DNA of 64,000 nucleotides from Eledone cirrhosa (Eukaryota), in assembly GCA_964016885.1 (NCBI GenBank), contig OZ024746.1, positions 91,388,001-91,452,000 of the forward strand, read 5' to 3'. Below are positions 26,210 through 39,564 of the stretch, in pieces. The notes beneath the pieces were generated by a model. The model worked only from the letters and a program-made list of their open reading frames with translations. It was not told the DNA's origin and did not search any database. A program made the position numbers and the translations under genes. Numbering within the stretch: the first letter of the stretch is position 1; every line of letters begins with the position of its first letter.

Positions 26210-27035
26210 AGGTGGTGCTGGTAGTGGTGGTGGTGGTGGTGCTGGCAGTGGTGGTGGCGGTGGTGGTAGTCGTGGCGTTGGTGGTGGAGGTGGCAGTGGA
26301 GGTGGTGGTGGCGGTGGTGGTGGTGGTGGCGGTGGCGGTGGTGGTAGTCGTGGCGGTGGTGGTAGTGGCGGTGGTAGTGGTGGTGGCAGTGGTCGTGGCG
26401 GTGGCAGTTGTGGTGGTGGTGGTGGTGGCAGTTGTGGTGGCAGTTGTGGTGGTGGTGGCAGTTGTGGCGGTGGTGGTAGTCATGGCGGTTGTGGCAGTGG
26501 TGGTGGTGGCAGTGGCGGTGGTGGTGGTGGTAGTCGTGGCGTTGGTGGTGGTGGTGGCAGTGGAGGTGGTGGTAGTGGTGGCGGCGGTGGTAGTGGTGGT
26601 GGCAGTGGTCGTGGCGGTGGCAGTTGTGGTGGTGGTGGCAGTTGTGGTGGCAGTTGTGGTGGTGGTGGCAGTTGTGGCGGTGGTGGTAGTCATGGCGGTT
26701 GTGGCAGTGGTGGTGGTGGCAGTGGCGGTGGTGGTGGTGGTAGTCATGGCGTTGGTGGTGGCAGTGGAGGTGGTGGCAGTTGTGGTGGTGGTGGCAGTTG
26801 TGGCGGTGGTGGTGGTGGTGGCAGTTGTAGTGGTGGTGATGGTGGCGGTGGTGGTAGTCGTGGCGTTGGTGGTGGCAGTGGAGGTGGTGGCAGTTGTGGC
26901 GGTGGCGGTAGTGGTGGTGGTGGCAGTTCTGGGGGATGTGGTGTTAGTGGCAGTTGTGGGGGTGGTGGTGGTGGTGTATGTTGTAAGGTGGTGGTTGTGG
27001 CAGGGGGGGGGGAGTTGTGGTGGAGGTGGTGGTGT
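26210..27035. repeat. (GTG/GGC)n degenerate trinucleotide tract with internal duplication
   Basis: Direct inspection. Confidence 0.9.
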
Positions 27036-27360
27036 ATATTTTTCTGTCATTAGTTTTACTCTGTAGTAAGTTGTATGTGTGTATGTATATAATTTGGAAT
27101 CACATGACTGTAGAAGTTAAAGTATGTGTATGTATATATATGTGTGCATATATGCGTATATATGTGTGTATATATGTGATTGTTGTAACATAATGTATAT
27201 ATATTAATGTCCATTTGTTTTGGGGAATACGTTTGTATATTGTAGTATATATAAGTGTGTGTATATATATATATATGTTAGTTAGGTGTGTATATATACA
27301 TACATACATATATATGTACATTTATATATATATATATATATATATAAATACGTATGTATG

Positions 27361-27391
<31 letters not shown>

Positions 27392-27399
27392 ATAGATAG

Positions 27400-27722
27400 A
27401 TTTCTTTATTTACCATAAAGGCATAAAAAGAAGGGACAAATACAAAGGGGGAGTTTACATATAATCGAGTAAAAAGGGTGTAACATGAAAATAATCGAAA
27501 ATAACCTCAAAAGGGAGGGGACGTGATGGGGGTTGCACACACCCCCGAAAAAGTGTGCAATCCTTTGCCCGGGGAGCACATGGAGAAGGTGCTCCCCTCT
27601 CCTTTACTTCTTTACCTACAGGATGGTATACAGAGAAGGCCCATTTACACGAGCCATTCTCGCCACTATCACCCACCTTTCATAAAACTGCCTGTGACCA
27701 AGCACCTCTCTCTCCATTCTTA
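27400..27722 (-). mobile_element. Tx1/L1-like LINE 3' end
   Basis: RC reads RMEREVLGHRQFYERWVIVARMARVNGPSLYTIL* (stop ~27616), then ~200-nt UTR ending GGTAAATAAAGAAA. TATATAGATAGAT present on both flanks. Confidence 0.6.
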
Positions 27723-27895
27723 TATAGATAGATAGATAAATATACACGGGTGTGTATGATTGTGTATAGAAGATTATATTAATAAATGGAATTCCAACTT
27801 TGTCTGATTTACTCGTTTTATTTACAATCCTTTAAAATGTTATAATGGTATTAGAATGAAATAGTATGGCAGAATATTAAATGTTAAGTGTTAAT

Positions 27896-27934
27896 TGAAC
27901 AAGTACTTTCATGCTTTCGCAATCTTCAGGTTCA
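27896..27934 (-). ncRNA. type-I minimal hammerhead ribozyme (family H4)
   Basis: RC: TGAAC-CTGAAGA-T TGC GAAA GCA T-GAAA-G TA C-TT-GTTCA. 5-bp stem I, GNRA-capped stem II, palindromic GTAC stem III. Confidence 0.75.
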
Positions 27935-28195
27935 TAATGTGTGGTGACAGTCAAGTTTGCAATTTTCAACTGACAGTTATATATACAGTATATGTATCTA
28001 TATAGATATATATGTGTATGTGTATATATATATATATATGCAAGCATGGAACATGGACGTTAAACGATGATGATGATATATATATATATATACACATATA
28101 TGCATGTATATAGATATATATGTGTATATATATATATATATACACACATATATATATGTTTGTATATGTACATATGTATGTGCATATATATACAT

Positions 28196-28757
28196 CCACA
28201 CCTCACCACACCACACCACACCACAACACACCACACCACAACACACCACAACACACCACACCACAACACACTACACCACAACACAACACAACACACCACA
28301 CCACAACACACCACACCACACCACACCACACCACACCACACCACACCACACCACACCACACCACACCACAACACACCACACCACACCACACCACAACACA
28401 CCACACCACACCACAATACACCACACCACACCACACCACAACACACCACACCACACCACACCACAACACACCACACCACACCACACCACAACACACCACA
28501 CCACACCACACCACACCACACCACACCACACCACACCACACCACACCACACCACACCACACCACACCACACCACACCACACCACACCACACCACACCACA
28601 CCACACACAACACCACACCACACCACAACACACCACACCACACCACACCACACCACACCACACCACACCACACCACACCACACCACACCACACAACACAA
28701 CACAACACAACACAACACAACACACCACACCACCACACACAACACCACACACCACAA
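28196..28757. repeat. (CACAC)n pentanucleotide satellite
   Basis: Direct inspection. Confidence 0.97.
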
Positions 28758-29081
28758 GCATGGTGTTTTTTTTTAAAGAATAAGTAAATGAACTGTCTTC
28801 CTGTGTCAGCTGCTTGGAGAATATTTTAACACAGCCAACATCTCTTTTGATGTCTTGGCTTAGCTCCCCTTTTGTTTTCTTCTTTGTTGCTTTCTCTTGT
28901 TCAGGGAGCCATGTGGGTTGATTTTGTTTCATCTTTATATCATCATCATCATCATCATGTTCGTTTAACGTCCATCTTCCACGCTAGCATGTGTTATATA
29001 TATCTATATATATATATCTATATATATAAATATATATATCATCATCATCATCATCATCATTTAACGTCCATCTTCCATGCT

Positions 29082-29112
<31 letters not shown>

Positions 29113-29118
<6 letters not shown>

Positions 29119-29477
29119 GGCTTAGTCGTTAGAGCATTGGCCTTGCAATCGAAAGGTTGTGAGTTCAATTCTCAGACCGAGTGATGTGTTGTTTCCTTGA
29201 GCAAGACACTTTATTTCACATTGCTCCAGTTTACTCAGCTGTAGAAATGAGATGATAGGGACAGGGGTCCTTATCATTCCAGTGGAACGTGGTCATGGAG
29301 GTGCACGCCAAAAAGCACCCAGCCCACACTGTAAAGTGGACTTGGAGGTGCCACGGCAAAAATGCACCCAGCACTCACTGTAAATGAGGTTGATGTTAGG
29401 AAGGGCATCCAGCTGTAGAAAGCAAGCCAGAATCAGTTCCCGTCCCACCCTTGCAAGCAAGGAAAAAGAGGACGTAA
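29113..29477 (+). mobile_element. SINE family B with RTE-2-type tail
   Basis: Same head and body as 19386, but ends CCGTCCCACCCTTGCAAGCAAGGAAAAAGAGGACGTAAAA(TGA)n. Confidence 0.85.
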
Positions 29478-29493
29478 AATGAAATGATGATGA

Positions 29494-29532
<39 letters not shown>

Positions 29533-29738
29533 AATATAAATTATCGAGAATCGTATTTCGGCCCACGAAATAACGAAAAACAACCTCCGAGATGTGTGGC
29601 AAGTGCTCAATGATTCAGATGAACCAGAGCTATAACAAACGTTAAAGGCCAAACACTGAGACGATGGTTAAACAATCATCCGCACAACCAAAAAAACGAT
29701 CAAGTAATTCGGGTCAAACAAATAAAAATATGTGATTT

Positions 29739-29773
<35 letters not shown>

Positions 29774-29852
29774 TACACACACATTCATTTATATGAACAT
29801 ATATATATGTATGTGTGTGTATATATATATATATGAATGTATGTATATATAT

Positions 29853-30055
29853 ATATATATTTCAAGGGTACCAACATTTTGGTACGCTCTTATCAGATAA
29901 ATATATATAATACAATAAATATGGTTTTATAAAGATAGCTTCCATTTATTAATATTATTGATATTATACTCCAGAAGAAACTTGTTGAGTGTTTCTAATA
30001 TGTTATAAACTAAATTTGTTGAATAACCAACAAATTAAATAACTCATTGCTTATA
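29853..30055. mobile_element. ribozyme-element family H2, inverted arrangement; decayed hammerhead on minus strand (29853-29901)
   Basis: RC: TTTAT-CTGATAA-GAGCGTACCAA AATG TTGGTACCCTT-GAAA-TATATA, joined to the plus-strand 3' segment homologous to RC of 4933-5085. Confidence 0.7.
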
Positions 30056-30069
30056 TATATATAATGGTC

Positions 30070-30900
30070 ATATACACACCTCTGCTACAGACCTCTGCTA
30101 TATACACCTGCTATATACACCTGCTACACACCTGCTATGCACCGCTGCTACACACCTGCTATACACACCTGCTACACACCTACACCCCGCTGCTACACAC
30201 ATCTGCTATACACACCTCTGCTACACACACCTGCTACACCCACCTGCTACACACATCTGCTATACACACCTCTGCTATCCACACCTGCTATACACACCTG
30301 CTATACACACCTGCTACACACCTGCTACACCTCTGCTATGCACCTCTGCTACACACCTGCTATACACACCTGCTACACACACCTGCTACACACACCTGCT
30401 ACACACACCTGCTACACACACCTGCTACACACCTCTGCTACACACCTCTGCTACATACACCTGCTACACACCTCTGCTACACACCTCTGCTACACACACC
30501 TGCTACACACACCTGCTACACACACCTGCTACACACACCTGCTACACACACCTGCTACACACACCTGCTACACACACCTGCTACACACACCTGCTACACA
30601 CACCTGCTACACACACCTGCTACACACACCTCTGCTACACACACCTGCTACACACACCTGCTACATACACCTGCTACACACACCTGCTACACACCTCTGC
30701 TACACACACCTGCTACACACCTCTGCTACACACACCTGCTACGCACACCTGCTACACACACCTGCTACACACACCTGCTACACACACCTGCTACACACAC
30801 CTGCTACACCCACCTGCTACACACACCTGCTACACCCACCTGCTACACACCTCTGCTACACACACCTGCTACACACACCTGCTACACACACTTGCTATCC
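30070..30900. repeat. ~14-bp minisatellite
   Basis: Unit CCTGCTACACACAC. Confidence 0.95.
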
Positions 30901-31176
30901 ACAGTTTGTCCTCTGTTGCTGAGTTAAACACCTTTCCTCTTCTCCAGGAATACCAAATACAATTGTTCTACTATTGTTGTTTACTTTTTCTATTGAATCA
31001 TCATCATCTTCATCATCGACATCATCATCATCATCACCTTCATCATCATTGACATCATCGACATCATCTTCTTCATCACCATCTTCATCATCATTATCAT
31101 CACCATCATCGTCATCATCGTCATCTTCATCAACATCATCTAACGTCTATTTTCCATGTGGGTTAGAGGGATTGTT

Positions 31177-31822
31177 AGATTGTGAGATAAACCAGGTGGG
31201 GTGACCATATCTTGCTCCTGCAGTCAGATTGTGAGATAAACCAGGTGGGGTGACCATATCTTGCTCCTGCAGTCAGATTGTGAGATAAACCAGGTGGGGT
31301 GACCATATCTTGCTCCTGCAGTCAGATTGTGAGATAAACCAGGTGGGGTGACCATATCTTGCTCCTGCAGTCAGATTGTGAGATAAACCAGGTGGGGTGA
31401 CCATATCTTGCTCCTGCAGTCAGATTGTGAGATAAACCAGGTGGGGTGACCATATCTTGCTCCTGCAGTCAGATTGTGAGATAAACCAGGTGGGGTGACC
31501 ATATCTTGCTCCTGCAGTCAGATTGTGAGATAAACCAGGTGGGGTGACCATATCTTGCTCCTGCAGTCAGATTGTGAGATAAACCAGGTGGGGTGACCAC
31601 CAGTCAGATTGTGAGATAAGCCAGGTGGGGTGACCACCAGTCAGATTGTGAGATAAACCAGGTGGGGTGACCACCAGTCAGATTGTGAGATAAGCCAGGT
31701 GGGGTGACCATATCTTGCTCCTGCAGTCAGATTGTGAGATAAACCAGGTGGGGTGACCACCAGTCAGATTGTGAGATAAGCCAGGTGAGGTGACCATATC
31801 TTACTCCTGCAGTCAGATTGTT
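31177..31822. repeat. 49-bp minisatellite (~14 copies, with shorter deletion variants)
   Basis: Unit AGATTGTGAGATAAACCAGGTGGGGTGACCATATCTTGCTCCTGCAGTC, directly after a (CAT)n RTE-type tail remnant. Confidence 0.93.
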
Positions 31823-32299
31823 TTCTCTATAGCTTACATATGTTAAAATATGAAACTAAACCAATGAGAATAAAGTACCTTACCAGTGGTTCAGATATTG
31901 TACCCTTTCTCTAACTCAACTACTTTTGATTCTCACCTTAACCCTTTAGCGTTTAAACCAGATGTATCTGTCCAGGAATCTCTTTAAATTCTTCATGAGC
32001 TCTGGAATGATTTAGCAGAAAATATTGCACAAACCTTTAACAATTTGTGTGAAATAATAAGATTTGTACGATGTCTGATGAAGTTTCTAGGGTCATAACA
32101 GTCCGCACATATATATTGGTGTGAAATAAGGTTTGTACGATGTCTAATGAAGTTTCTAGGGTCATAACAGTCCACACATTTATATTGGTGTGAAATAATA
32201 AAGTTTGTACGATGTCTGATGAAGTTTCTAGGGTCATAACAGCCCACACATTTATATACATTTATCTTTCTCATATTTATATCAATAAATATGTATATA

Positions 32300-32344
<45 letters not shown>

Positions 32345-32365
32345 ATATGACAGTATTTTAATGTA

Positions 32366-32917
32366 TTTGGTTGGTGCATAATTATTGCGGCAAATTGGTA
32401 AAAATTCGGACATGTTCGGCTTTGTTGTTATCGGAGAGTTCGTGGGGGACCCACCCAGCCAATTTCTATACTTTTCCGAGTTTTTTGAGACGACGAACGA
32501 TGGTCGAATGGTCCATATTGAAGTCTTCACCCAACATTCTCGTTGTCAAGCTTCCGTCCACTTCCACGGCTGCCAAAAGTGCCTGGTCGTTGAAATTTGA
32601 TAGTCGACCTCTTCCTTCTTCATCTGCGAGGTTTGTATCGCCCGATTTAATCTTCCTGAACCATCTTTCAACTTGGCTTTTGCTGATTGTTCCTTCACCA
32701 AAAAGTTCATTGAGATCGCGAAATGACTGAGGCTGCATTCCAACCTTTTTCGAATTGGTAGAGCATAATATGACGAATGTGGATATGATTTTCGATACGC
32801 ATTCTGAAAAGAGAAAAACCCGACCGTCATTTAAAGATGTTTTTGTTAAATATTGTTATTGTTTTTGTTAAATAAAATTTGTTGAAAAAAAGCCGCAATA
32901 ATTATACACCAACTCAA
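32366..32917 (-). mobile_element. internally deleted mariner (Hsmar1/cecropia-like TIRs)
   Basis: 26-bp TIRs TT(T/G)(G/A)GTTGGTG(C/T)ATAATTATTGCGGC with TA flanks. Encodes the HTH region (…RWFRKIKSGDTNLADEEGRGR…HSTIVRRLKKLGKV) and WVPHEL; the DD34D domain is absent. Confidence 0.9.
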
Positions 32918-33126
32918 TATATATGTGTTTTTATGTCGTTGTTTGTTTATGTAATTTTGTGTGTGTGTATGTTGTGCATTTTCACTTTTAAATAAATATT
33001 ATGTGTGTGTATAAATGTATGTGTATATATATGTATGTATGTATGTGTGTGTGTGTATATATATATGTGTGTGTGTGTATGTATGTATGTGTATATATAT
33101 GTATTTATGTATGTGTGGGTGTGTGT

Positions 33127-33157
<31 letters not shown>

Positions 33158-33203
33158 CGTGTGTGTATATGTATGCGTGGGTATGTGTATATGTATGTAT
33201 ATA

Positions 33204-33255
<52 letters not shown>

Positions 33256-34004
33256 ATGATGTTGGTTAGCTAGAGTAATTAATTTGCTGAATTCTCTCTA
33301 TTTCAGTAATTATCTCTCCTAAATCATCTTTGTTCCAGAAGCTTCAGGCTATTAACTCTATATTATTCTAGCTCTTTCAAAATATTTCATTTTCATTTTC
33401 AATGAAAAAATCTCCCCACTGCGATTCCTGAACAACTTGCCTTCAACATTACACAGGTTTCGCTGTTTCTATTCCAAAAGCCTGCAGAATATTTTTACTG
33501 TTTCTAAAATAAGTTACAGTCTGAAGGAAATGAAATATCATAAAATCAAATCAAATAAAATGAAATAAAATGAAATAAAATGAAGATGAGAAGTTTAGTA
33601 TGGTATTTTCCTGAAAGGAAGCAAAAAACCCATCAACAAAGAAAAGAAAATATTATTTCCATGGTTTTTAATTAATTTTCATTTGTCATTACTTATAACT
33701 GTTGAAAGGCAACAGTTTGTGTTATTGTTAGCAGACGATCTACAAGCTGTGTTTCACATTTACACAGTTGCAGTCTTTGAGAAGGGGTGACCATATATCT
33801 ATAGAGGGAGAGGAAGTATCTTAGATTGTCAGTAGCACCCAAGTAGAATCTCTGCAGCTGCTGTAACTTCATCTGCCAGGTTTTTTTTTTTTATGTATGG
33901 AGTTTCAGTTTTTAAATTTCATTATTATATAATAAAATATATTATTTTACTTCAGAATAGACTCAGACATTCTTTCAATTTGGCGGAGATACATAGTATT
34001 GATT

Positions 34005-34605
34005 TGATGGTGGCGGTGGTGGTGGTGGTGGTGGTGGTGGTGGTGGTGGTGGTCTGGTGTGGTGTGATGGTGGTCTGGTGTGGTGTGATGGTGGTGGTGG
34101 TCTGGTGTGGTGTGATGGTGGTCTGGTGTGGTGTGATGATGGTGGTGGTTGTGGTGGTGGTCTGGTGTGGTGTGGTGGTGGTGGTCTGGTGTGGTGTGAT
34201 GGTGTGGTGATGGTGGTGGTTGTGGTGATGGTGGTCTGGTGTGGTGATGGTGGTGGTGTGGTGTGGTGGTATGATTGTGTGGTGGTGGTGGTGGTTGTGG
34301 TGATGGTGGTTGTATGGTGTGGTAGTGGTGGTGGTGGCCTGGTGTGGTGTGGTGGTGGTGGTTGTGGTGGTGGTGGTGGTAGTGGTTGTGGTGATTGGGA
34401 TGGGGTGGTGGTGGTGGTGTGGTGTGGTGGTGGTGGTGGTGGTCTGGTAGTGGTAGTGTGGTGGGTGATTGTGATGGGGTGGGATGGCGGTGTGGGTGTG
34501 GTGGTGTGGTAGTGTGGTGGGGGTTGTGATGGTGGGGTGGGGTGGCTGTGGAGGTGGTGGTGTGTGGTGGTTGTTGTGGTGGTGGTGGTTGTGGTTGTTG
34601 TTGTT
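34005..34605. repeat. (GTG)n/(TGTGG)n low-complexity tract
   Basis: Direct inspection. Confidence 0.9.
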
Positions 34606-34713
34606 TTGGAGTATTTTTATGGTATTTAAAAGACAGAAATCAATCTTGATCTGGTAATGTTAGTTGTTCAAGGAACATATTTTGTTTATATTAATATCAG
34701 AATATAACTGAAA

Positions 34714-34759
<46 letters not shown>

Positions 34760-35036
34760 ATGCATACACAAAAACACATACATACAGACACACACATACA
34801 CACATACACACATTAATTTAGAGACAGGAAATGAAGTGGCAAGCACCAGGTGTTATAGTAAAAATGTTTTAATATAAACCTTTCAATCAATTACTAACTA
34901 CATGTCACTCCCCCCTCCTCTCTCCCCTCTCGCTTTCTTTCTCCCCCTCTCTCTCTCTCTTTCCTATCTCCCCCCTTTCACCTCTATCTCCCCCTCTCCC
35001 TTTCCCTTCCATCACCCCTACCATACTATTATATAA

Positions 35037-35225
35037 TTGTTTCTACTTTTGGCACAAGGCCAGCAATTATCTCAGTGTATTACTGGTACTTTATTTTATC
35101 GACCCTGTCAGGATGAAAGGCAAAGTTAACCTCAGCGGGATTTGAACTCAGACCATAAAGGGACGTAACTCTTTGCTGAGACCCATGGCGTCCGACCTTC
35201 TACCGATACTGCCAATCCACCGCCC
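35037..35225 (-). mobile_element. near full-length SINE family A
   Basis: Complete consensus from head GGGCGGTGGATTGGCAGTATCGG to GTAGAAACAATT. Confidence 0.9.
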
Positions 35226-35451
35226 ATACTGTATAATGGTGCTGTCTAACACATGAAATAGCTGAAGGAACCATATTTGCTCAGTCTCTCTATTTGGGAA
35301 ATCTACATCATGTAAAGTTTTATCTTGCCCTTAACTGAAGTTGTTTAGCCCCAGGTCAGCCCTGAGGTCACCTATAATCAAAAGCAGTTCAGTAATGATC
35401 ATCCATTTTTTTTTTTTCTTTTTGTAGAAGTACATTATCTAATATGTCCTT

Positions 35452-37888
35452 CCCTTGTTTAAACTGGCCATGTCTGGCCAGAATTCTCTCACCTCTTTCT
35501 CTCAAACTGGCTGTAACTGGCCACTCTTACTGATGTTAAGGTAGCGTTCTCAAAAGAAATAATATTAAAATCTCATAGATTCAATATTATGTGATATATT
35601 ATGTGAGGTAAAGCCTTTACTGTGAAAATACAATAGTATATATAGAGTAATGTAAATGTTATGTGAGATATTATGTTAGGTAAAGCCTTTACTGTGAAAA
35701 TACAATAGTATATATAGAGTAATGTAAATGTTATGTGAGATATGTGAGGTAAAGCCTTTACCGTGAAAATACAATAGTATATATAGAGTAATGTAAATGT
35801 TATGTGAGATATTATGTGAGGTAAAACCTTTACTCTGAAAATACAATAGTATATATAGAGTAATGTAAATGTTATGTGAGATATTATGTGAGGTAAAGCC
35901 TTTACTCTGAAAATACAATAGTATATATAGAGTAATGTAAATGTTATGTGAGATATTATGTGAAGAAAAAGAATTTACTGTGAAAATACAATAGTATATA
36001 TAGAGTAATGTAAATGTTATGTGAGATATTACGTGAGGTAAAACCTTTACTCTGAAAATACAATAGTATATATAGAGTAATGTAAATGTTATGTGAGATA
36101 TTATGTGAGGTAAAGCCTTTACTGTGAAAATACAATAGTATATATAGAGTAATGTAAATGGTATGTGAGATATTATGTGAGGTAAAACCTTTACTGTGAA
36201 AATACAATAGTATATATAGAGTAATGTAAATGTTATGTGAGATATTATGTGAGGTAAAACCTTTACTCTGAAAATACAATAGTATATATAGAGTAATGTA
36301 AATGTTATGTGAGATATTATGTGAGGTAAAGCCTTTACTGTGAAAATACAATAGTATATATAGAGTAATGTAAATGGTATGTGAGATATTATGTGAGGTA
36401 AAACCTTTACTGTGAAAATACAATAGTATATATAGAGTAATGTAAATGTTATGTGAGATATTATGTGAGGTAAAGCCTTTACTGTGAAAATACAATAGTA
36501 TATATAGAGTAATGTAAATGGTATGTGAGATATTATGTGAGGTAAAACCTTTACTGTGAAAATACAATAGTATATATAGAGTAATGTAAATGTTATGTGA
36601 GATATTATGTGAGATAAAGCCTTTACTGTGAAAATACAATAGTATATATAGAGTAATGTAAATGTTATGTGAGATATTATGTGAGGTAAAGCCTTTACTG
36701 TGAAAATACAATAGTATATATAGAGTAATGTAAATGGTATGTGAGATATTATGTGAGGTAAAACCTTTACTGTGAAAATACAATAGTATATATAGAGTAA
36801 TGTAAATGGTATGTGAGATATTATGTGAGGTAAAGCCTTTACTGTGAAAATACAATACTATATATAGAGTAATGTAAATGGTATGTGAGATATTATGTGA
36901 GGTAAAACCTTTACTGTGAAAATACAATAGTATATATAGAGTAATGTAAATGGTATGTGAGATATTATGTGAGGTAAAGCCTTTACTGTGAAAATACAAT
37001 AGTATATATAGAGTAATGTAAATGTTATGTGAGATATTATGTGAGGTAAAGCCTTTACTGTGAAAATACAATAGTATATATAGAGTAATGTAAATGTTAT
37101 GTGAGATATTATGTGAGGTAAAACCTTTACTGTGAAAATACAATAGTATATATAGAGTAATGTAAATGGTATGTGAGATATTATGTGAGGTAAAGCCTTT
37201 ACTGTGAAAATACAATAGTATATATAGAGTAATGTAAATGTTATGTGAGATATTATGTGAGGTAAAACCTTTACTGTGAAAATACAATAGTATATATAGA
37301 GTAATGTAAATGTTATGTGAGATATTATGTGAGGTAAAACCTTTACTGTGAAAATACAATAGTATATATAGAGTAATGTAAATGTTATGTGAGATATTAT
37401 GTGAGGTAAAACCTTTACTGTGAAAATACAATAGTATATATAGAGTAATGTAAATGGTATGTGAGATATTATGTGAGGTAAAACCTTTACTGTGAAAATA
37501 CAATAGTATATATAGAGTAATGTAAATGTTATGTGAGATATTATGTGAGGTAAAACCTTTACTGTGAAAATACAATAGTATATATAGAGTAATGTAAATG
37601 GTATGTGAGATATTATGTGAGGTAAAACCTTTACTGTGAAAATACAATAGTATATATAGAGTAATGTAAATGGTATGTGAGATATAATGTGAGGTAAAGC
37701 CTTTACTGTGAAAATACAATAGTATATATAGAGTAATGTAAATGTTATGTGAGATATTATGTGAGGTAAAACCTTTACTGTGAAAATACAATAGTATATA
37801 TAGAGTAATGTAAATGGTATGTGAGATATTATGTGAGGTAAAACCTTTACTGTGAAAATACAATAGTAAATATAGAGTAATGTAAAGG
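35452..37888 (-). repeat. 72-bp satellite (~32 copies) amplified inside an M1 MITE
   Basis: M1 body at 35452-35590 runs into unit TGTGAGGTAAAGCCTTTACTGTGAAAATACAATAGTATATATAGAGTAATGTAAATGTTATGTGAGATATTA. Confidence 0.95.
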
Positions 37889-38249
37889 ACATGATTTAAG
37901 AAGGATTTGGCTGCTATTTTTAGTAGTTTGAGAAACTATGTTGTGGCTCAGTAGTTTTTATAAAGTCATTTGTTACCAATAACTCCTTGCTCCTATATAT
38001 GTCTGCTTTATGTGAAATATCTAAACATATGTATTTGATACTGTATAAAGATCAACTCCCTATGTTTGTATCTTTATTTTAAAATTTAATTCTGCTTCTT
38101 AGCAGTCCAACATCCAAGTCCAAAATCCAGGGTCACACTTGTTGGAGGAACCTCTCCCTGTTTGACCTCCACTGCTTTCTGGCCATATCGGGCCATGTGA
38201 ACCTGAGGTATCAGATCAGATCATAGCACCATTTGGATCTTGACCACTC

Positions 38250-38612
38250 TCTGGTTCTTCTCCACTACCTTGGTGTCCACTCTATCACTCTGTCCACCTG
38301 TTGTCTCTGAGACAAGAGGTGTGGTCATCTTACCTTTGGTCATCCATGATGGTTCTTCTCCACTACCTTAGTGTCCCCTCTATCACTCTGTCCACCTGTT
38401 GTCTCCGAGACAAGAGGTGTGGTCATCTTACCTTTGGTCACCCATGGTCCTTCTCTACTCCCTTGGTGTCCACTCTATCACTCTGTCCACCTGTTGTCTC
38501 CGAGACAAGAGGTGTGGTCATCTTACCTTTGGTCACCCATGGTTCTTCTCCACTACCTTAGTGTCCCCTCTATCACTCTGTCCACCTGTTGTCTCTGAGA
38601 CAAGAGGTGTGG
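38250..38612. repeat. ~93-bp tandem repeat x4
   Basis: GGTTCTTCTCCACTACCTT...GAGACAAGAGGTGTGGTCATCTTACCTTTGGTCA repeated. Confidence 0.85.
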
Positions 38613-38920
38613 CCTGGTCATCTATGTTTGCCCTTCTTAATGGTCTTGATTATGTCTTTCACTCCAGTCTGCTGTCAAATCTAGTTGTTGCTCTTCCTGT
38701 CACATAAGGTGATACCAAGCATAATTCACTCCATTGAGCCACTGCAAGAGTCTCAGCAATGGTCGTGTTGACTACCCATGTCTCACTTCCATATGTCATT
38801 ACTGACTATATTGATTAAACATCAAAGTATCTTAGATCATATTGGATATATCCAGCTTTTCTATGAAAGTCTTCAGGAAAGCAGGTGTGATCATCATTAT
38901 TTTATACCTGTTGGTGAAAA

Positions 38921-39100
38921 GGGCGGTGAATTGGCAGTATCGGTAGAGGGTCGGGCGCCATGTTTTCCAACATAGTTACGGTCTGAGTTCAAATCCCGCC
39001 GACGTTAACTTTGCCTTTCATCCTTACGGGGTCGATAAAATAAAGTACCAATAATGTACTGGGTAATTGCTGGCCTTGTGCCAAATGTAGAAACAATTAT
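38921..39100 (+). mobile_element. full-length SINE family A
   Basis: A box TGGCAGTATCGG, B box GAGTTCAAATCC, central GCCTTTCATCCTTACGGGGTCGATAAAAT domain, tail GTAGAAACAATTATT. Confidence 0.9.
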
Positions 39101-39196
39101 TTTATACCTGTTGTTCAAGTTGAAATAGGTTTGCTAGGTTGTTATAATCTGAGTCATTTCTTATTCAGGGTTACTGTCATCTTAGCGAGGTTGGAC

Positions 39197-39564
39197 CACT
39201 GGTTCCCAACCTTTTTTAGCTCATGGTCCACTTTGAACCCAGAATTTTTCTGTGGCCAATGAAATTATTATAGTGTAAAAAATTACTTCCATTTTCCATA
39301 GAATATATCCAATAAAGATACAACTATGTCTTGGAAACAATTTCACAAGATAGAATATATCCAATAAAGTTACAACTATGTCTTGGACACAATTTCTCAA
39401 ACATCTAAAATATTTCACATCTCCAATGAAACGACCATTAATTATCAATATTTATTTTTACAATTTTTCCTAAATATGGCAGTAAAGATTATAAAATTTC
39501 TGTGGCCCTACTGAAATTTGCCATGGCCCATTTTAGCCATGTGGTCACAGGTTGGAGAACCATG
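39197..39564. mobile_element. decayed hAT-type MITE
   Basis: CACTGGTTCCCAACC ... GGTTGGAGAACCATG termini. TSD not recognisable. Confidence 0.55.

Noticed and set aside
26113-27066. Gly/Cys-rich (keratin/loricrin-like) or Thr-rich mucin-like ORF
   Set aside because: Degenerate (GTG)n tract starting inside a SINE remnant, with no signal peptide or splice support
32045-32255. CTGATGA...GAAA in a ~71-bp x3 repeat as possible hammerheads
   Set aside because: No pairing stem II or stem I could be built
35956-37863. 635-aa ORF
   Set aside because: 72-bp MITE-derived satellite, not a gene
38921-39000. tRNA genes
   Set aside because: A/B boxes belong to SINE heads; no cloverleaf
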